Source of the DNA: a virus
DNA length: 64,000 nucleotides
Reading direction: 5' to 3' (one strand)
Virus record (IMG/VR): IMGVR_UViG_3300031949_000350
Span: 15,470-79,469 of that record
Shown here piece by piece: positions 8,861 to 18,424 of this stretch (positions within the stretch are counted from its first letter, which is position 1; every line of letters starts with the position of its first letter). The position numbers and the translations under genes were made by a program. The notes beneath the pieces were generated by a model. The model was not told the DNA's origin. It did no database searches and worked only from the letters and a program-made list of their open reading frames with translations.

Positions 8861-9905
8861 ACTGTTCAACGCACTGAAGAAGGACAAAGACATCGCTGGG
8901 CTCGTCTGGAAGGGCGATGATCTTTCGATGGATTCAATTCCTCCCTTCGGCATCCCGACTGGAATCCCTGAGCTTGATCTTTATCTCGGTAAGAGGGGCG
9001 GCTATCCGGTCGCTAAGATCATTGAGTTCTACGGCTTCCAGATGTGCGGCAAGACGACGGCCGCGTATCAGGCGGCGGCTGAGTGGCAAAAGCGCAATGG
9101 CATCGTGTTCTTCATCGACACCGAGAAGAGCTTCGATCCCAAGCGTGCGACTCAACTTGGGTGTCAGTCAGAGAACATCATCGTCATGGAGGCGAACACT
9201 ATTGAGCAAGTGTTCAGTCACATCATCGATAAGATCCTTGAGCCCGGCAAGAAGGGCGGAGTCACACGTCCGGTGCTCATTATTGTTGACTCTGTCAATG
9301 GTGTACCCACTGCGCGGGACGCAGAGGAAGCCATCGACAAGAACGATCAAGTAGGATTTGAGGCTCGTCAGATCAAGCGTGGGTGCCGAAAGATCAACCC
9401 GATCCTGAGTGACTACGAGTTCAACCCTACGATCATCTTCATCAATCACGCCTATGCCAAGATCGGCGGCTACGGTGGGGCTGAGTCTGGCGGTGGGCAC
9501 GGTATCAAGTTCTACGCTACGGTTCGTGTGTGCTTCACCCATATCTCGGCTGTGCGTGAGAAGGAAGAGCGGGTAGGTCAGAAGATCGCTGTCCAGATTA
9601 CGAAGCTCAAGGGGGGTGCACTCGACCATGACAAGCTTCAGCTTCAGCTTGACAACGAGGGAGGGTTCAACAAGTATCTCTCCCTGCGAGACGCAATGAC
9701 GGCTACGGAGTACGCCTACCGAGCCAAAAGTTCGCAAGTGCTTACGATGTTCTACAACACTGAGAACGCCGTAGACATCAAGAATACCGACTTCAAGGAG
9801 TGGGTCGAGGAGAACGGCGGCTACGACGCAGTCTATCTCAACTTCCGACGTTGGTGCATTCAGAACGGCTTCATTGAGCCTTGGGGCGGCACAGCAAATG
9901 GATAA
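8832..9905 (+). CDS. recA: RecA/UvsX-like recombinase
   Basis: IPTGIPELD, Walker A GFQMCGKTT, FIDTEKS, IVDSV, IIFINH, GGHGIKFYA. Confidence 0.92.
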   Translation: MMAIDPEIAELFNALKKDKDIAGLVWKGDDLSMDSIPPFGIPTGIPELDLYLGKRGGYPVAKIIEFYGFQMCGKTTAAYQAAAEWQKRNGIVFFIDTEKSFDPKRATQLGCQSENIIVMEANTIEQVFSHIIDKILEPGKKGGVTRPVLIIVDSVNGVPTARDAEEAIDKNDQVGFEARQIKRGCRKINPILSDYEFNPTIIFINHAYAKIGGYGGAESGGGHGIKFYATVRVCFTHISAVREKEERVGQKIAVQITKLKGGALDHDKLQLQLDNEGGFNKYLSLRDAMTATEYAYRAKSSQVLTMFYNTENAVDIKNTDFKEWVEENGGYDAVYLNFRRWCIQNGFIEPWGGTANG

Positions 9906-10122
9906 TATGCCGCCGTGGTGGTTTGTATACGGTATTGTGGGTATCATCTACATGCTGATGGAGCACCGCACGTTCGAGTTCGACTTCTCACAGGCCACGA
10001 ATGGGCAGATGCTTCTCGTGGCGCTTCAACAGTCGATTCATTACCTTCGTGTGGCAGTAGCGTGGCCGACGTACTTGGTGGAAGACTTTCTGATCTATCT
10101 GTCTAACCGGGAGGATGTGTGA
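9898..10122 (+). CDS. Small membrane protein
   Basis: Hydrophobic segments; overlaps the recA stop. Confidence 0.5.
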   Translation: MDNMPPWWFVYGIVGIIYMLMEHRTFEFDFSQATNGQMLLVALQQSIHYLRVAVAWPTYLVEDFLIYLSNREDV

Positions 10123-11138
10123 CAACGATGCGCCGTCTATTCTTCAGTGATCTGCACCTCCATACTTGGACATACGGGGCGCACACAATGGACAGCGGCT
10201 TCAACAGTCGGCTTTGGTACCAGTGGCTTGCCCTTCAGCAGATGATCAAGTACATTGATGAGCACGACATTCGCTATGTTTACTTTACTGGCGATCTCTT
10301 CCACACGCACGCGAATATCCCCGCACAGGCTCTTTCTGTGGCAGGAGAACTCTTCAGACAGTTGAAGATTCGCGACATCAAGGTTCGGGCCATCCCCGGT
10401 AATCACGACTTCGCGTCCCGTAGTGGGAACATTCATTCACTGTCCTGGCTTCCTGACGGCGTGCTGGATGGCGACTGGCTGGATGACGACATTCAAGTTT
10501 GTGCGCTACCCTATACGGACGATGAGGAAAAGTTGAAGCGGTTTCTGGGGAGTGTGGAAAAGATGGCTGACGGGACTATCGTCATGCTACATCAGGGAGT
10601 GGCAGGAGTGCCGCTGTCTTCGGGGTTTCTCATGGATGAGAAACTGACCCCCGACATGATTCCCACGAATGTAGTGGCCTTCACCGGGCATTACCACTTC
10701 TTCAGGCGTGTAACTACAAACCTCACGGTCGTAGGAAACCTCACCCCGTTGAACTGGAATGACATCGATCAGCAGAAAGGTTGGGTGATCTACGACGACG
10801 AAACGCGAACGGTTGAACAAATCAAGCAGACAGTCGCCCCGGAATTTCGATTGGTTGGACGAGATCATCGAGAATGCGGAGCCCACTTTGTACGATGCAG
10901 TGATGCGGTCAGCAGCGGAGAGCAGGAAGAAGTCCGCCAGGGACTCATCAAGGCAGGAGCCCTCACCGTCGAGTTCACCGCCGCGCTCGCGACGGAAGGA
11001 ACGAAGGGGGAAGGAGCGTGGTCGGGAGAGGAAGTAACCCTCGATCACCTCGTCAAGACGTTTGAGGCTAAGGATATGGAGCCGCGCAGACGCGAGGTAG
11101 GTAGCCAAGTCAGAGAGGGTAATTATGTTCGGCCCTAA
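10119..11138 (+). CDS. Mre11/SbcD (gp47-like) nuclease
   Basis: SDLHL, TGDLFH, GNHD, GHYH; upstream of the Rad50-like ATPase. Confidence 0.9.
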   Translation: MTTMRRLFFSDLHLHTWTYGAHTMDSGFNSRLWYQWLALQQMIKYIDEHDIRYVYFTGDLFHTHANIPAQALSVAGELFRQLKIRDIKVRAIPGNHDFASRSGNIHSLSWLPDGVLDGDWLDDDIQVCALPYTDDEEKLKRFLGSVEKMADGTIVMLHQGVAGVPLSSGFLMDEKLTPDMIPTNVVAFTGHYHFFRRVTTNLTVVGNLTPLNWNDIDQQKGWVIYDDETRTVEQIKQTVAPEFRLVGRDHRECGAHFVRCSDAVSSGEQEEVRQGLIKAGALTVEFTAALATEGTKGEGAWSGEEVTLDHLVKTFEAKDMEPRRREVGSQVREGNYVRP

Positions 11139-11281
11139 GATCTGGCTTGCTATGTCGGTCACGAATCTGGTGATGGCAGTGTTCAATATGTACTATCTAC
11201 AAAACATGCCCTCATTCCTGATCAATGCCGTAGCTGCTATCATCTGTGCTCTGGTCATGCTGATCAAATCCGAAAAGGGGG

Positions 11282-13156
11282 ATGACCGTGAAGCTGATTA
11301 GATTTCGCGCAAAGCATCTTTTCAGTCTGGGTGAAATTGACCTGAATCTGGAGGGCCGGGGACTTACCCTAGTCACTGGCTATTCCAAGGACGAAGGGAG
11401 TAGTAATGGAGCAGGAAAGTCAAGCCTCGCAAACAAGGGGCTTCTATGGACGCTATTCGGCGAAACTGCGGGAGGCATCAAGGGAGATGGCGTGGGTAAT
11501 CGGCACGCTACTAAGGGAACGTATGGAGAGGTCTTATTCCACGGTGCTGATGGACGCCTGTACACAATCCGTCGCGAACGCCCTGCGTCTCTTAGTCTCA
11601 GTAGAGAGGGAGTTGACATTAGCGCAAAGATCGCGAAAGACACCCAAGACCAGATCGACAAAGCGCTCGGCATCGACTTCAAGACGTTCCTCCAGACCTC
11701 GTTCTTCGGGCAAGGCCGCAGCCTCAGCTACGCCTCGCTCACGCCGAAAGACCAGAAAGCAGTCCTAGAGCAGATCCTTCCGATGGAGGAAGTGGACAAG
11801 TGGGCGCAGTATGCCGACCTCAAGCTGAAGGAGACTTCAAAGCTCCTCGGCGACGCTGAGCGGGTCGTCCAGACCGCTCAGGTCCGCCTCAGCACTCTCA
11901 TGGAGGAGAAAGTCGATACGGGGCGGCGTGCTGACCGTTGGAGTCAGAACAAACTGGACACGATCAAGCGATTCGAGGATGAGTTCGCAAATATCGATGG
12001 CAAATACGCCCGTGACTGGACGACACTTGAAGTAGAGAAGGCTCAGTTTAGCCAAGTCGATCACGAAGCATGGGAGAAGAAGATCTCTGAGAGCATTCTG
12101 AATTTGGACAAGGAGTATGAGGATAACAACATCACTCTTCAGGAAGCGAATCAATCTGTTCGTGCGTGGCAGAATGCTTACTACCAGCGGGCCACGAAGA
12201 TCAACAGATTGAACGATGTGAAGGGGATCTGCTCCGAATGCCAGCGGCCCTATACTGATTTCAGTGAACAGGATCACAAAGCGCTACTCCATGAGGCCAG
12301 GACCATGCTCGATGAGTCTGAAGCGAACATTCGGATGGCTAAGGAAGCTGAAAGCCACTATGCTAAGGTGTGCATGGAGATCAAGGCTAAGATCAAGAAG
12401 AATTCACTTGACCATGAGGCGTGTTCTACTTCGTGGCACCAGAAGGAAATGCACGGCCAGCGGGTTGCTGCCCTCCAAGACAAGATCAATACGGATAAGG
12501 TCAACTATCTACAGAACATCGAGAACATGAAGGGCGCTGAGAATCCGTTCTCGTCGCAGATCTCCGCCTTCGACTTCAAGATCGAACAGGCCAAGACTGA
12601 ATGGACTGAAGCTAATCTGGCTCTCGCCGCCCTGAACGGGGAGGTGGAGCATCTTACCTATTGGCGGGATGTCTACGCCAAGGAACTGAAACTCAAGCTC
12701 TTTGAAGATGCCTGTCCCTTCCTTGATGCGAGAGTGAACTATCACCTCGGAAGGTTGAACAATGGGCAACTCCAAGTCAAGTTCTCTACGATCAAACGGC
12801 TCGCAAACGGCTCAGCGAAAGAAGAGTTCAATGTTCATGTCGAGTCTAAGACTGGAGGCTCGGGATTTGATAGTCTTAGTGGCGGTGAGCAGCAGATGGT
12901 CAGTTTCAGCATTGGCCTTGGGTTGGCTGATCTTGCTGGGCGCACGAGTTCTGGAAGAAGTAATCTCTTGGTGCTTGACGAGCCTTTCACTGAGCTAGAC
13001 GAGCGCAACAGCGATTCTATCGTTACCTACCTCAATAGCGAGGTGAATAACGGGAAGGATACGATCCTTCTGATCTCGAATGATGAGTCCCTGAAGGGAC
13101 TTATCGCCAACCGCATCCATGCGGTAAAGGAACACGGTGTAACCCATGTCGAGTAA
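11282..13156 (+). CDS. Rad50/SbcC (gp46-like) ATPase
   Basis: NGAGKSS, coiled coil with CSEC zinc hook, LSGGEQQ, LDEPF. Confidence 0.93.
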   Translation: MTVKLIRFRAKHLFSLGEIDLNLEGRGLTLVTGYSKDEGSSNGAGKSSLANKGLLWTLFGETAGGIKGDGVGNRHATKGTYGEVLFHGADGRLYTIRRERPASLSLSREGVDISAKIAKDTQDQIDKALGIDFKTFLQTSFFGQGRSLSYASLTPKDQKAVLEQILPMEEVDKWAQYADLKLKETSKLLGDAERVVQTAQVRLSTLMEEKVDTGRRADRWSQNKLDTIKRFEDEFANIDGKYARDWTTLEVEKAQFSQVDHEAWEKKISESILNLDKEYEDNNITLQEANQSVRAWQNAYYQRATKINRLNDVKGICSECQRPYTDFSEQDHKALLHEARTMLDESEANIRMAKEAESHYAKVCMEIKAKIKKNSLDHEACSTSWHQKEMHGQRVAALQDKINTDKVNYLQNIENMKGAENPFSSQISAFDFKIEQAKTEWTEANLALAALNGEVEHLTYWRDVYAKELKLKLFEDACPFLDARVNYHLGRLNNGQLQVKFSTIKRLANGSAKEEFNVHVESKTGGSGFDSLSGGEQQMVSFSIGLGLADLAGRTSSGRSNLLVLDEPFTELDERNSDSIVTYLNSEVNNGKDTILLISNDESLKGLIANRIHAVKEHGVTHVE

Positions 13157-13841
13157 ATACGAGTTCTTTGAGGCGATCAAGTTCGTACATGAGAACGATT
13201 TGGACCCCATCGGGTTCCAGATCTATCTTGTCGGCAGAGAAGACCTTGGCATGGCTGAGATGGAGACTGGAGAGCCCGGGGTTGAGTTCAAAATGGCTAA
13301 CAGATTCATCAAGAATCTGGACATCCTGAACAACATTGACCCGGATCGACCCATCCTGATCTCCTTGAAGACATGCGGCGGAGACGTGATTGAGGGCATG
13401 GCTATCTATGACGCCATCGTGTCCACTTCCAACCCGGTCACCATTGTCAGCTATACTCACGCGCGAAGCATGAGCGGCATTATCCTTCAGGCGGCCAACA
13501 AGCGCATCCTCATGCAGAACAGTTACTTCATGTTCCACGAAGGAGATCAAGAGGCTGGAGGAACTACCAAGCAAGTGAAGAGCTATACTGAGTTCTTCGC
13601 CAAGCAATTCGACCCTGCAATGTGCTCTATCTACGTTGACCGAATGAAGCACACGCCCGGGAGCAATGTTAGCACTTGGAAGGAAGATCGTATCCACAAG
13701 TGGCTCAAGGAGCAGATGGATGAGAAAGAAGATGTTTATCTGAGCGCGCATGAGGCAGTGCAATGGGGATTCGCGGACGAGGTGTTCTCGTCTTGGGATA
13801 CGATCTTTGATTATACTACGCAGCAGAAGGGGATCAAGTAA
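13146..13841 (+). CDS. ClpP-like serine protease
   Basis: GGDV..GMAIYD, ARSM (Ser), FMFH (His), DVYLSAHEAVQWGFADEV (Asp). Confidence 0.85.
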   Translation: MSSKYEFFEAIKFVHENDLDPIGFQIYLVGREDLGMAEMETGEPGVEFKMANRFIKNLDILNNIDPDRPILISLKTCGGDVIEGMAIYDAIVSTSNPVTIVSYTHARSMSGIILQAANKRILMQNSYFMFHEGDQEAGGTTKQVKSYTEFFAKQFDPAMCSIYVDRMKHTPGSNVSTWKEDRIHKWLKEQMDEKEDVYLSAHEAVQWGFADEVFSSWDTIFDYTTQQKGIK

Positions 13842-14506
13842 TGTGGGTTGAACTCTCTATCCTCGTGTGGAACACTCACGGGCTCCCGTTGATTGGATCT
13901 GACCCTTATAAGGTGTCCGATTTCGCGCGTAGACAATCCGCTGATATTTCCATGTATCAGGAAGTGTGGACCGCTCGGCGTGCTAAGCTGCTCACTCCGC
14001 CGAATGGTTTCACCTCGCGCTGGACCTCGGCGGGACTGGTTACGAGCGCGCGTTATAGTAACCCAATGATCATCAGCAGCTACGAAGTCAAATTCAAGGA
14101 CACGACTTGGTCGAAGATGGATTGGCTAGTAAAGAAGGGGGCCCTGTTTACGGTTAATGATGATTTCGTTATGTTCGTTAACACTCATCTTGACGCCGGC
14201 CGCGACGAGGAGAGCATCATTGTTCGCGCCTTGCAGCTTGATCAGATTCTTACTGAGGTTAAGAAGCATACTGGACCAGTGGTTCTCGCCGGCGATCTCA
14301 ACCTAAAGCCGAAGGAACTGATGGACGGCCTCCTGCTGGCGGCCTTCTGTAAGAATGGAAATTTCGTGGTGTCGGCTCAGGGGTCGAATGGGAAGGACTT
14401 CATTCTGACTCGCGGAGACGTGACGATTAAGCATGTGGTCGAGCACAAAAATGATATCAGTGACCATTTCGCTCTGACTGCTACGGTGACCTATGACAAC
14501 GATTGA
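13841..14506 (+). CDS. Endonuclease/exonuclease/phosphatase-family protein
   Basis: WNTH, QEVW, NTHLDA, AGDLN, D.I, SDH. Confidence 0.85.
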   Translation: MWVELSILVWNTHGLPLIGSDPYKVSDFARRQSADISMYQEVWTARRAKLLTPPNGFTSRWTSAGLVTSARYSNPMIISSYEVKFKDTTWSKMDWLVKKGALFTVNDDFVMFVNTHLDAGRDEESIIVRALQLDQILTEVKKHTGPVVLAGDLNLKPKELMDGLLLAAFCKNGNFVVSAQGSNGKDFILTRGDVTIKHVVEHKNDISDHFALTATVTYDND

Positions 14507-14726
14507 CTTTATCGGGCATGTGGGCTACGCTCTTTTGGTAGTAGGTATGATTCTCGTGGCTCGAAAGAAGACAATGGGGTGGCTGTTTAGATTAACTGGA
14601 GAATTCATTTGGGCCGGATTAGGACTTAAACTAGGCTTGACATCGATCTGGTTCTGGGGAGTAATATTCATCATGATTGACATACTAGCTTACTGTCATT
14701 GGAGGATCAGTGATGAAAACTCCTGA
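14493..14726 (+). CDS. Small three-TM membrane protein (PnuC/PQ-loop-like)
   Basis: DFIG..L..GMILVARKK.MGWL..W pattern. Confidence 0.5.
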   Translation: MTTIDFIGHVGYALLVVGMILVARKKTMGWLFRLTGEFIWAGLGLKLGLTSIWFWGVIFIMIDILAYCHWRISDENS

Positions 14727-15318
14727 TAAGATGAAAGATCCTCCTGGCTGTTATGCTAGGAAAAAGTTGAACAGGGCAGGTAAACGTCGTTGCCGGCGAT
14801 GTACCGCTGTTTTTAATTTGGTAAAAGGTGATAAAACTATCCTATGTGAAAGGTGTCGAGTACATTGTTGTAGGTGTGATATTGAATTGACCGAAGATAC
14901 TAAGGATAAGTCAGCTTCTAAGCGTAATCAATATTACTGTAAGAAATGTGTTGCAGAAGTAGTGCGTCTTACTAGAGACAAGATGAAACAGCGAGATTAT
15001 GATCTGCTTCGGAAGTACGGTATCACTGTTCTTGAGTATGAGGCTATCCTAGTCAGTCAAAATGGGGTATGTTGGATATGCCAGAAGTCCCCCACTGGAA
15101 ACCGATTAGCAGTAGATCACAAGCATGAAGTAGGAGAAAAGAAGCGCAATCCCAGAGAGATTAGACCAAGAGTTAGAGGATTATTGTGCTGGGACTGTAA
15201 TAGGGCGCTAGGAAAGTTTAGAGATAATCCGAGCGCGCTTAGAAAGGCGGCCGATTATCTAGAGATTTGGCCCGCTCAGAAAATTCTAACTCCTGATAAG
15301 GAGGACGGCGATGTCTAA
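14710..15318 (+). CDS. Endonuclease VII-family endonuclease between 13-bp direct repeats
   Basis: KYGIT..QNGVCWIC, LAVDHKH, VRGLLCWDCN; AACTCCTGATAAG at 14718-14730 and 15288-15300. Confidence 0.88.
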   Translation: MMKTPDKMKDPPGCYARKKLNRAGKRRCRRCTAVFNLVKGDKTILCERCRVHCCRCDIELTEDTKDKSASKRNQYYCKKCVAEVVRLTRDKMKQRDYDLLRKYGITVLEYEAILVSQNGVCWICQKSPTGNRLAVDHKHEVGEKKRNPREIRPRVRGLLCWDCNRALGKFRDNPSALRKAADYLEIWPAQKILTPDKEDGDV

Positions 15319-16171
15319 GATCACGGAAGTCGTTTATTTCGGGTTCGAGCTTGAGCTTCTTGAGGCTCACATCGCTGAGCACCGACAGCACGTTGACCGT
15401 CTGATCGTGGCGGAGCAGCAGCTTACCTCAACTGGCTACCCTAAGCCGCTGTTCGCCCGTGACAATCGAAGTCGCTTTGAGAAGTACGATGTCGAGCTTG
15501 TCGAGGTTCCCACGGACGGCTACCAGAAGATTGTCCCCGAGACGAACCGTCCTGGCTTCCCGTTCGAGGGTCGCCTCATCCATCAGGAGAAGATCAAGAA
15601 GCGCTTCATGCACCCTATCGTTAGATCTGGTGTTGACTACGTGCTGCACAGCGACACGGACGAGATCATCACCGAGTGGGACAAGGTGAAGGCGACGCTT
15701 GATGAGGGTAAAGGAATTAATGATCATGTCGGGATTGGGCTAACTGAGACGAGCGGCTATGTTAACGTCAAGAGCGGTCATCGTGATGTCTACCGATTCG
15801 CTCGTGCCGTTGAAGGGTTCGATCCGTCGCACGCTCTAAAGAGCTTGCCTCGTGGATTCGTTGCTGGTCACTGTGGCTGGCACTTCAGTATGTGCTGCTC
15901 GCGTCTTGAAGAGTACTACTGGAAGTGGCTCAACCGTACCGATGACTGGGGCTCCTACGGTGATACGCCTCCTACCCTCCTGGCTGCGCTGCCGAAGCTA
16001 AGCTGGTATCTGTCTAACATGGGGCCTACTACGGACCCGATGCTGATCTTTGCCGGGAAGCACTTTGCTGTCCCGACTCCTGAGAACGTGGTGGAGCTTT
16101 CGGATCTTCCCAGCTTCATCGGAGAGAACATCAATCTCTTCCCGCACATCGAGGTTCAGAATGAAGTGTAA
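15311..16171 (+). CDS. GT17-like glycosyltransferase
   Basis: ELELL..VD..IVAE..T.TG.PKPL, SDTDEI, GWHFS. Confidence 0.75.
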   Translation: MSKITEVVYFGFELELLEAHIAEHRQHVDRLIVAEQQLTSTGYPKPLFARDNRSRFEKYDVELVEVPTDGYQKIVPETNRPGFPFEGRLIHQEKIKKRFMHPIVRSGVDYVLHSDTDEIITEWDKVKATLDEGKGINDHVGIGLTETSGYVNVKSGHRDVYRFARAVEGFDPSHALKSLPRGFVAGHCGWHFSMCCSRLEEYYWKWLNRTDDWGSYGDTPPTLLAALPKLSWYLSNMGPTTDPMLIFAGKHFAVPTPENVVELSDLPSFIGENINLFPHIEVQNEV

Positions 16172-17684
16172 GCACTGCAAGAGCGAGAATGTTGAATACC
16201 GAGGCGCTCGTGGAGAAGGCAAGAAGCGCCAGTTCTGTCAGGATTGCAGGAAGTGGTCTACAGTTAAAGTAGACTATAAGTCGATTCCTAAGTTCGAGTA
16301 TCTGGGTGAGAGTTCTGAGCGTGCTGTCAAGAAGCACAATACGTTCATCGTCACCTCGGCTCAGAACAACACTCCGGTGGACAAGCTGTTCTGGCAGTCG
16401 CTACTCAATCTTCAGAAGCACTACGACGCCGCGCTATTCGTTATCCCTACTCTTTATCGAAACCCGTCGGTTCCTGGTATCGAGAAGGAAGATGCGTGGT
16501 GGCCCCAGGAAGTGATTCCCTATCTGATTGACGAAGGCATCCAGCTTGCTCCGGGTATCGTGGTGATGGCTCAAGTAAAGATTGGAGCGACGACCGATAA
16601 CCCGCTGACCGGACTAGATAGTCTTTCGCGCGGCGACTCTGCCATCTTTGGGCACGCACAGATCCAGATGAAGACTGTGGCAACTCCACAGCACAAGCTC
16701 CCGAAGATCCTGATGACGACAGGCTCGACCAGTGTTAAGTCCTACGGAATGAGTAAGGCAGGTATCAAGGGTGCTTTCCATCATGCGCTTGGAGCGGCTA
16801 TTGTTGAGATAAACGGTGACGTATTCCATATCCGTGGCGTGGTTGGTGATGAAAAGTCTGAGTTCTACGATCTTGATCTTCATGTGACTGCCAAAGGAGT
16901 TAGGAGTGGAAAGCGAATCGAAGCGCTAGTCGTGGGCGATGAACATAGTATGTTCACTTGCCCTGATGTAGTAAAGGCTACCTTCACGGACTCAGATTCC
17001 ATTGTCAACGTGCTCAAGCCGAAGTACATCGTGAGACATGACGTGATCGACGCTTATACGATCAGTCATCACCACGACCACAGTCCTAGCAAGCAATATT
17101 CCAAGTACAAGTTCAACAAGAATCGACTGATCGATGAGCTTGAACTGACTGCGCGCTACATCGAGAAGACGACCCCCAAGGGCTCGACCAACGTCATCGT
17201 CCCCTCGAACCACCACAACCATATCGCAAAATGGCTTGAACTGGCGGACTGGCGGAGTGAGCCGTGGAATGCTAAGATTTACCATGAGATGTGGGCCGCG
17301 TGGCTGGACGCAATCGACAACGGGTTGAAATTCCATCCGTTCACTTGGTGGATGAAGAACAACTGCAAGGCTGACACGCTGTATCTATTCGATGACTATC
17401 CGTTTATTGTCAAGGGAGTCTACCTCAGCTATCACGGAGACAAGGGCATCAACGGAGCGAAGGGAAACCTCAGGCAATTCAGCAAGATAGGAGTGAAAAC
17501 TGTGATTGGACACTGGCACTCTCCGGGCATCGAAAAGGGTGCCTATCTTGTAGGCACCAGCAGCAAGCTCAGCCTTGAGTACACTTCCGGGCCGAGTAGC
17601 TGGCTCAATTCACACTGTATCATCAGTGCGAATGGTAAGCGGCAGATCATCAACATCATCAAGGGTCAGTGGAGGAAAGGGTAA
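16161..17684 (+). CDS. T5 A1-like metallophosphoesterase/nuclease with N-terminal Zn ribbon
   Basis: IVTSAQNNTPV, GDEH, HDVID, SNHH, HGD.G.NG, GHWHSPGI, GPSSWLNSH. Confidence 0.7.
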   Translation: MKCKHCKSENVEYRGARGEGKKRQFCQDCRKWSTVKVDYKSIPKFEYLGESSERAVKKHNTFIVTSAQNNTPVDKLFWQSLLNLQKHYDAALFVIPTLYRNPSVPGIEKEDAWWPQEVIPYLIDEGIQLAPGIVVMAQVKIGATTDNPLTGLDSLSRGDSAIFGHAQIQMKTVATPQHKLPKILMTTGSTSVKSYGMSKAGIKGAFHHALGAAIVEINGDVFHIRGVVGDEKSEFYDLDLHVTAKGVRSGKRIEALVVGDEHSMFTCPDVVKATFTDSDSIVNVLKPKYIVRHDVIDAYTISHHHDHSPSKQYSKYKFNKNRLIDELELTARYIEKTTPKGSTNVIVPSNHHNHIAKWLELADWRSEPWNAKIYHEMWAAWLDAIDNGLKFHPFTWWMKNNCKADTLYLFDDYPFIVKGVYLSYHGDKGINGAKGNLRQFSKIGVKTVIGHWHSPGIEKGAYLVGTSSKLSLEYTSGPSSWLNSHCIISANGKRQIINIIKGQWRKG

Positions 17685-17899
17685 TGCGGGAAGTAAATAG
17701 TCGAGTCATCAAGGCTTACGCTCGCGCTCTGGAGAGTCTCAAGGTGGCTATCCATGACGATCTCACGAAGAAGTTCCCTGATGACGCAGTCGTCGCAGAG
17801 TCCTTTGACCGGAGGATTCACGAGGTCGCTGAGGATCTTTGGATCTTCGCTCACGATCTCGCCCGTAAGGAGTTCGACATGGAGTGGGAGAAGTCGTGA
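17684..17899 (+). CDS. Hypothetical protein
   Basis: ORF coupled to upstream stop (TAATG). Confidence 0.5.
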   Translation: MREVNSRVIKAYARALESLKVAIHDDLTKKFPDDAVVAESFDRRIHEVAEDLWIFAHDLARKEFDMEWEKS

Positions 17900-18423
17900 C
17901 GATTAATAAAGGATGCTGGCACCACGTCCTTACCACGGTTGGCGAGGGCGGCACTCTACTTGAACTAGGCTCCGGGGAGACGAGCCAGCGCTTTGTCAAC
18001 TACGGCCTCAAGGTCTACTCCATTGAGCACGATCCCGAGTGGGTTGGCAAGTATCCCGGCGTGAACTACATTTATGCTCCTTTGGTTAGGCAGGACGAGG
18101 AAGACTTCCATCCGTACTTCCTCAGGATGGATTGCGTGCCTGAGTGGTATGACCATACGATTGTGCATAACGCGATCAAGGATCTGAAGTACGACGCCCT
18201 GCTCTTGGATGGCCCGCAGCGTAAATACCGTCCAGGGTTCTTCTACAACCACGCTATGTTCGATACCTCTGTGCCGTGGTTCGCAGACGACATGAATCGG
18301 CCTGAGTGGTTTCGAGCACTTCTCTGGACAGCGGTGGAGAGGGGGCTGGACTCATTCCCAGAGATTCACGGCGTTCAAACTGATCACGCCTGGACAGTGT
18401 TCCCGGCGCAGGGAGGTAAGTAA
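17896..18423 (+). CDS. Class I SAM-dependent methyltransferase
   Basis: LLELGSGETS, SIEHDPEW, YDALLLDGP. Confidence 0.8.
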   Translation: MTINKGCWHHVLTTVGEGGTLLELGSGETSQRFVNYGLKVYSIEHDPEWVGKYPGVNYIYAPLVRQDEEDFHPYFLRMDCVPEWYDHTIVHNAIKDLKYDALLLDGPQRKYRPGFFYNHAMFDTSVPWFADDMNRPEWFRALLWTAVERGLDSFPEIHGVQTDHAWTVFPAQGGK

Positions 18424-18424
18424 G

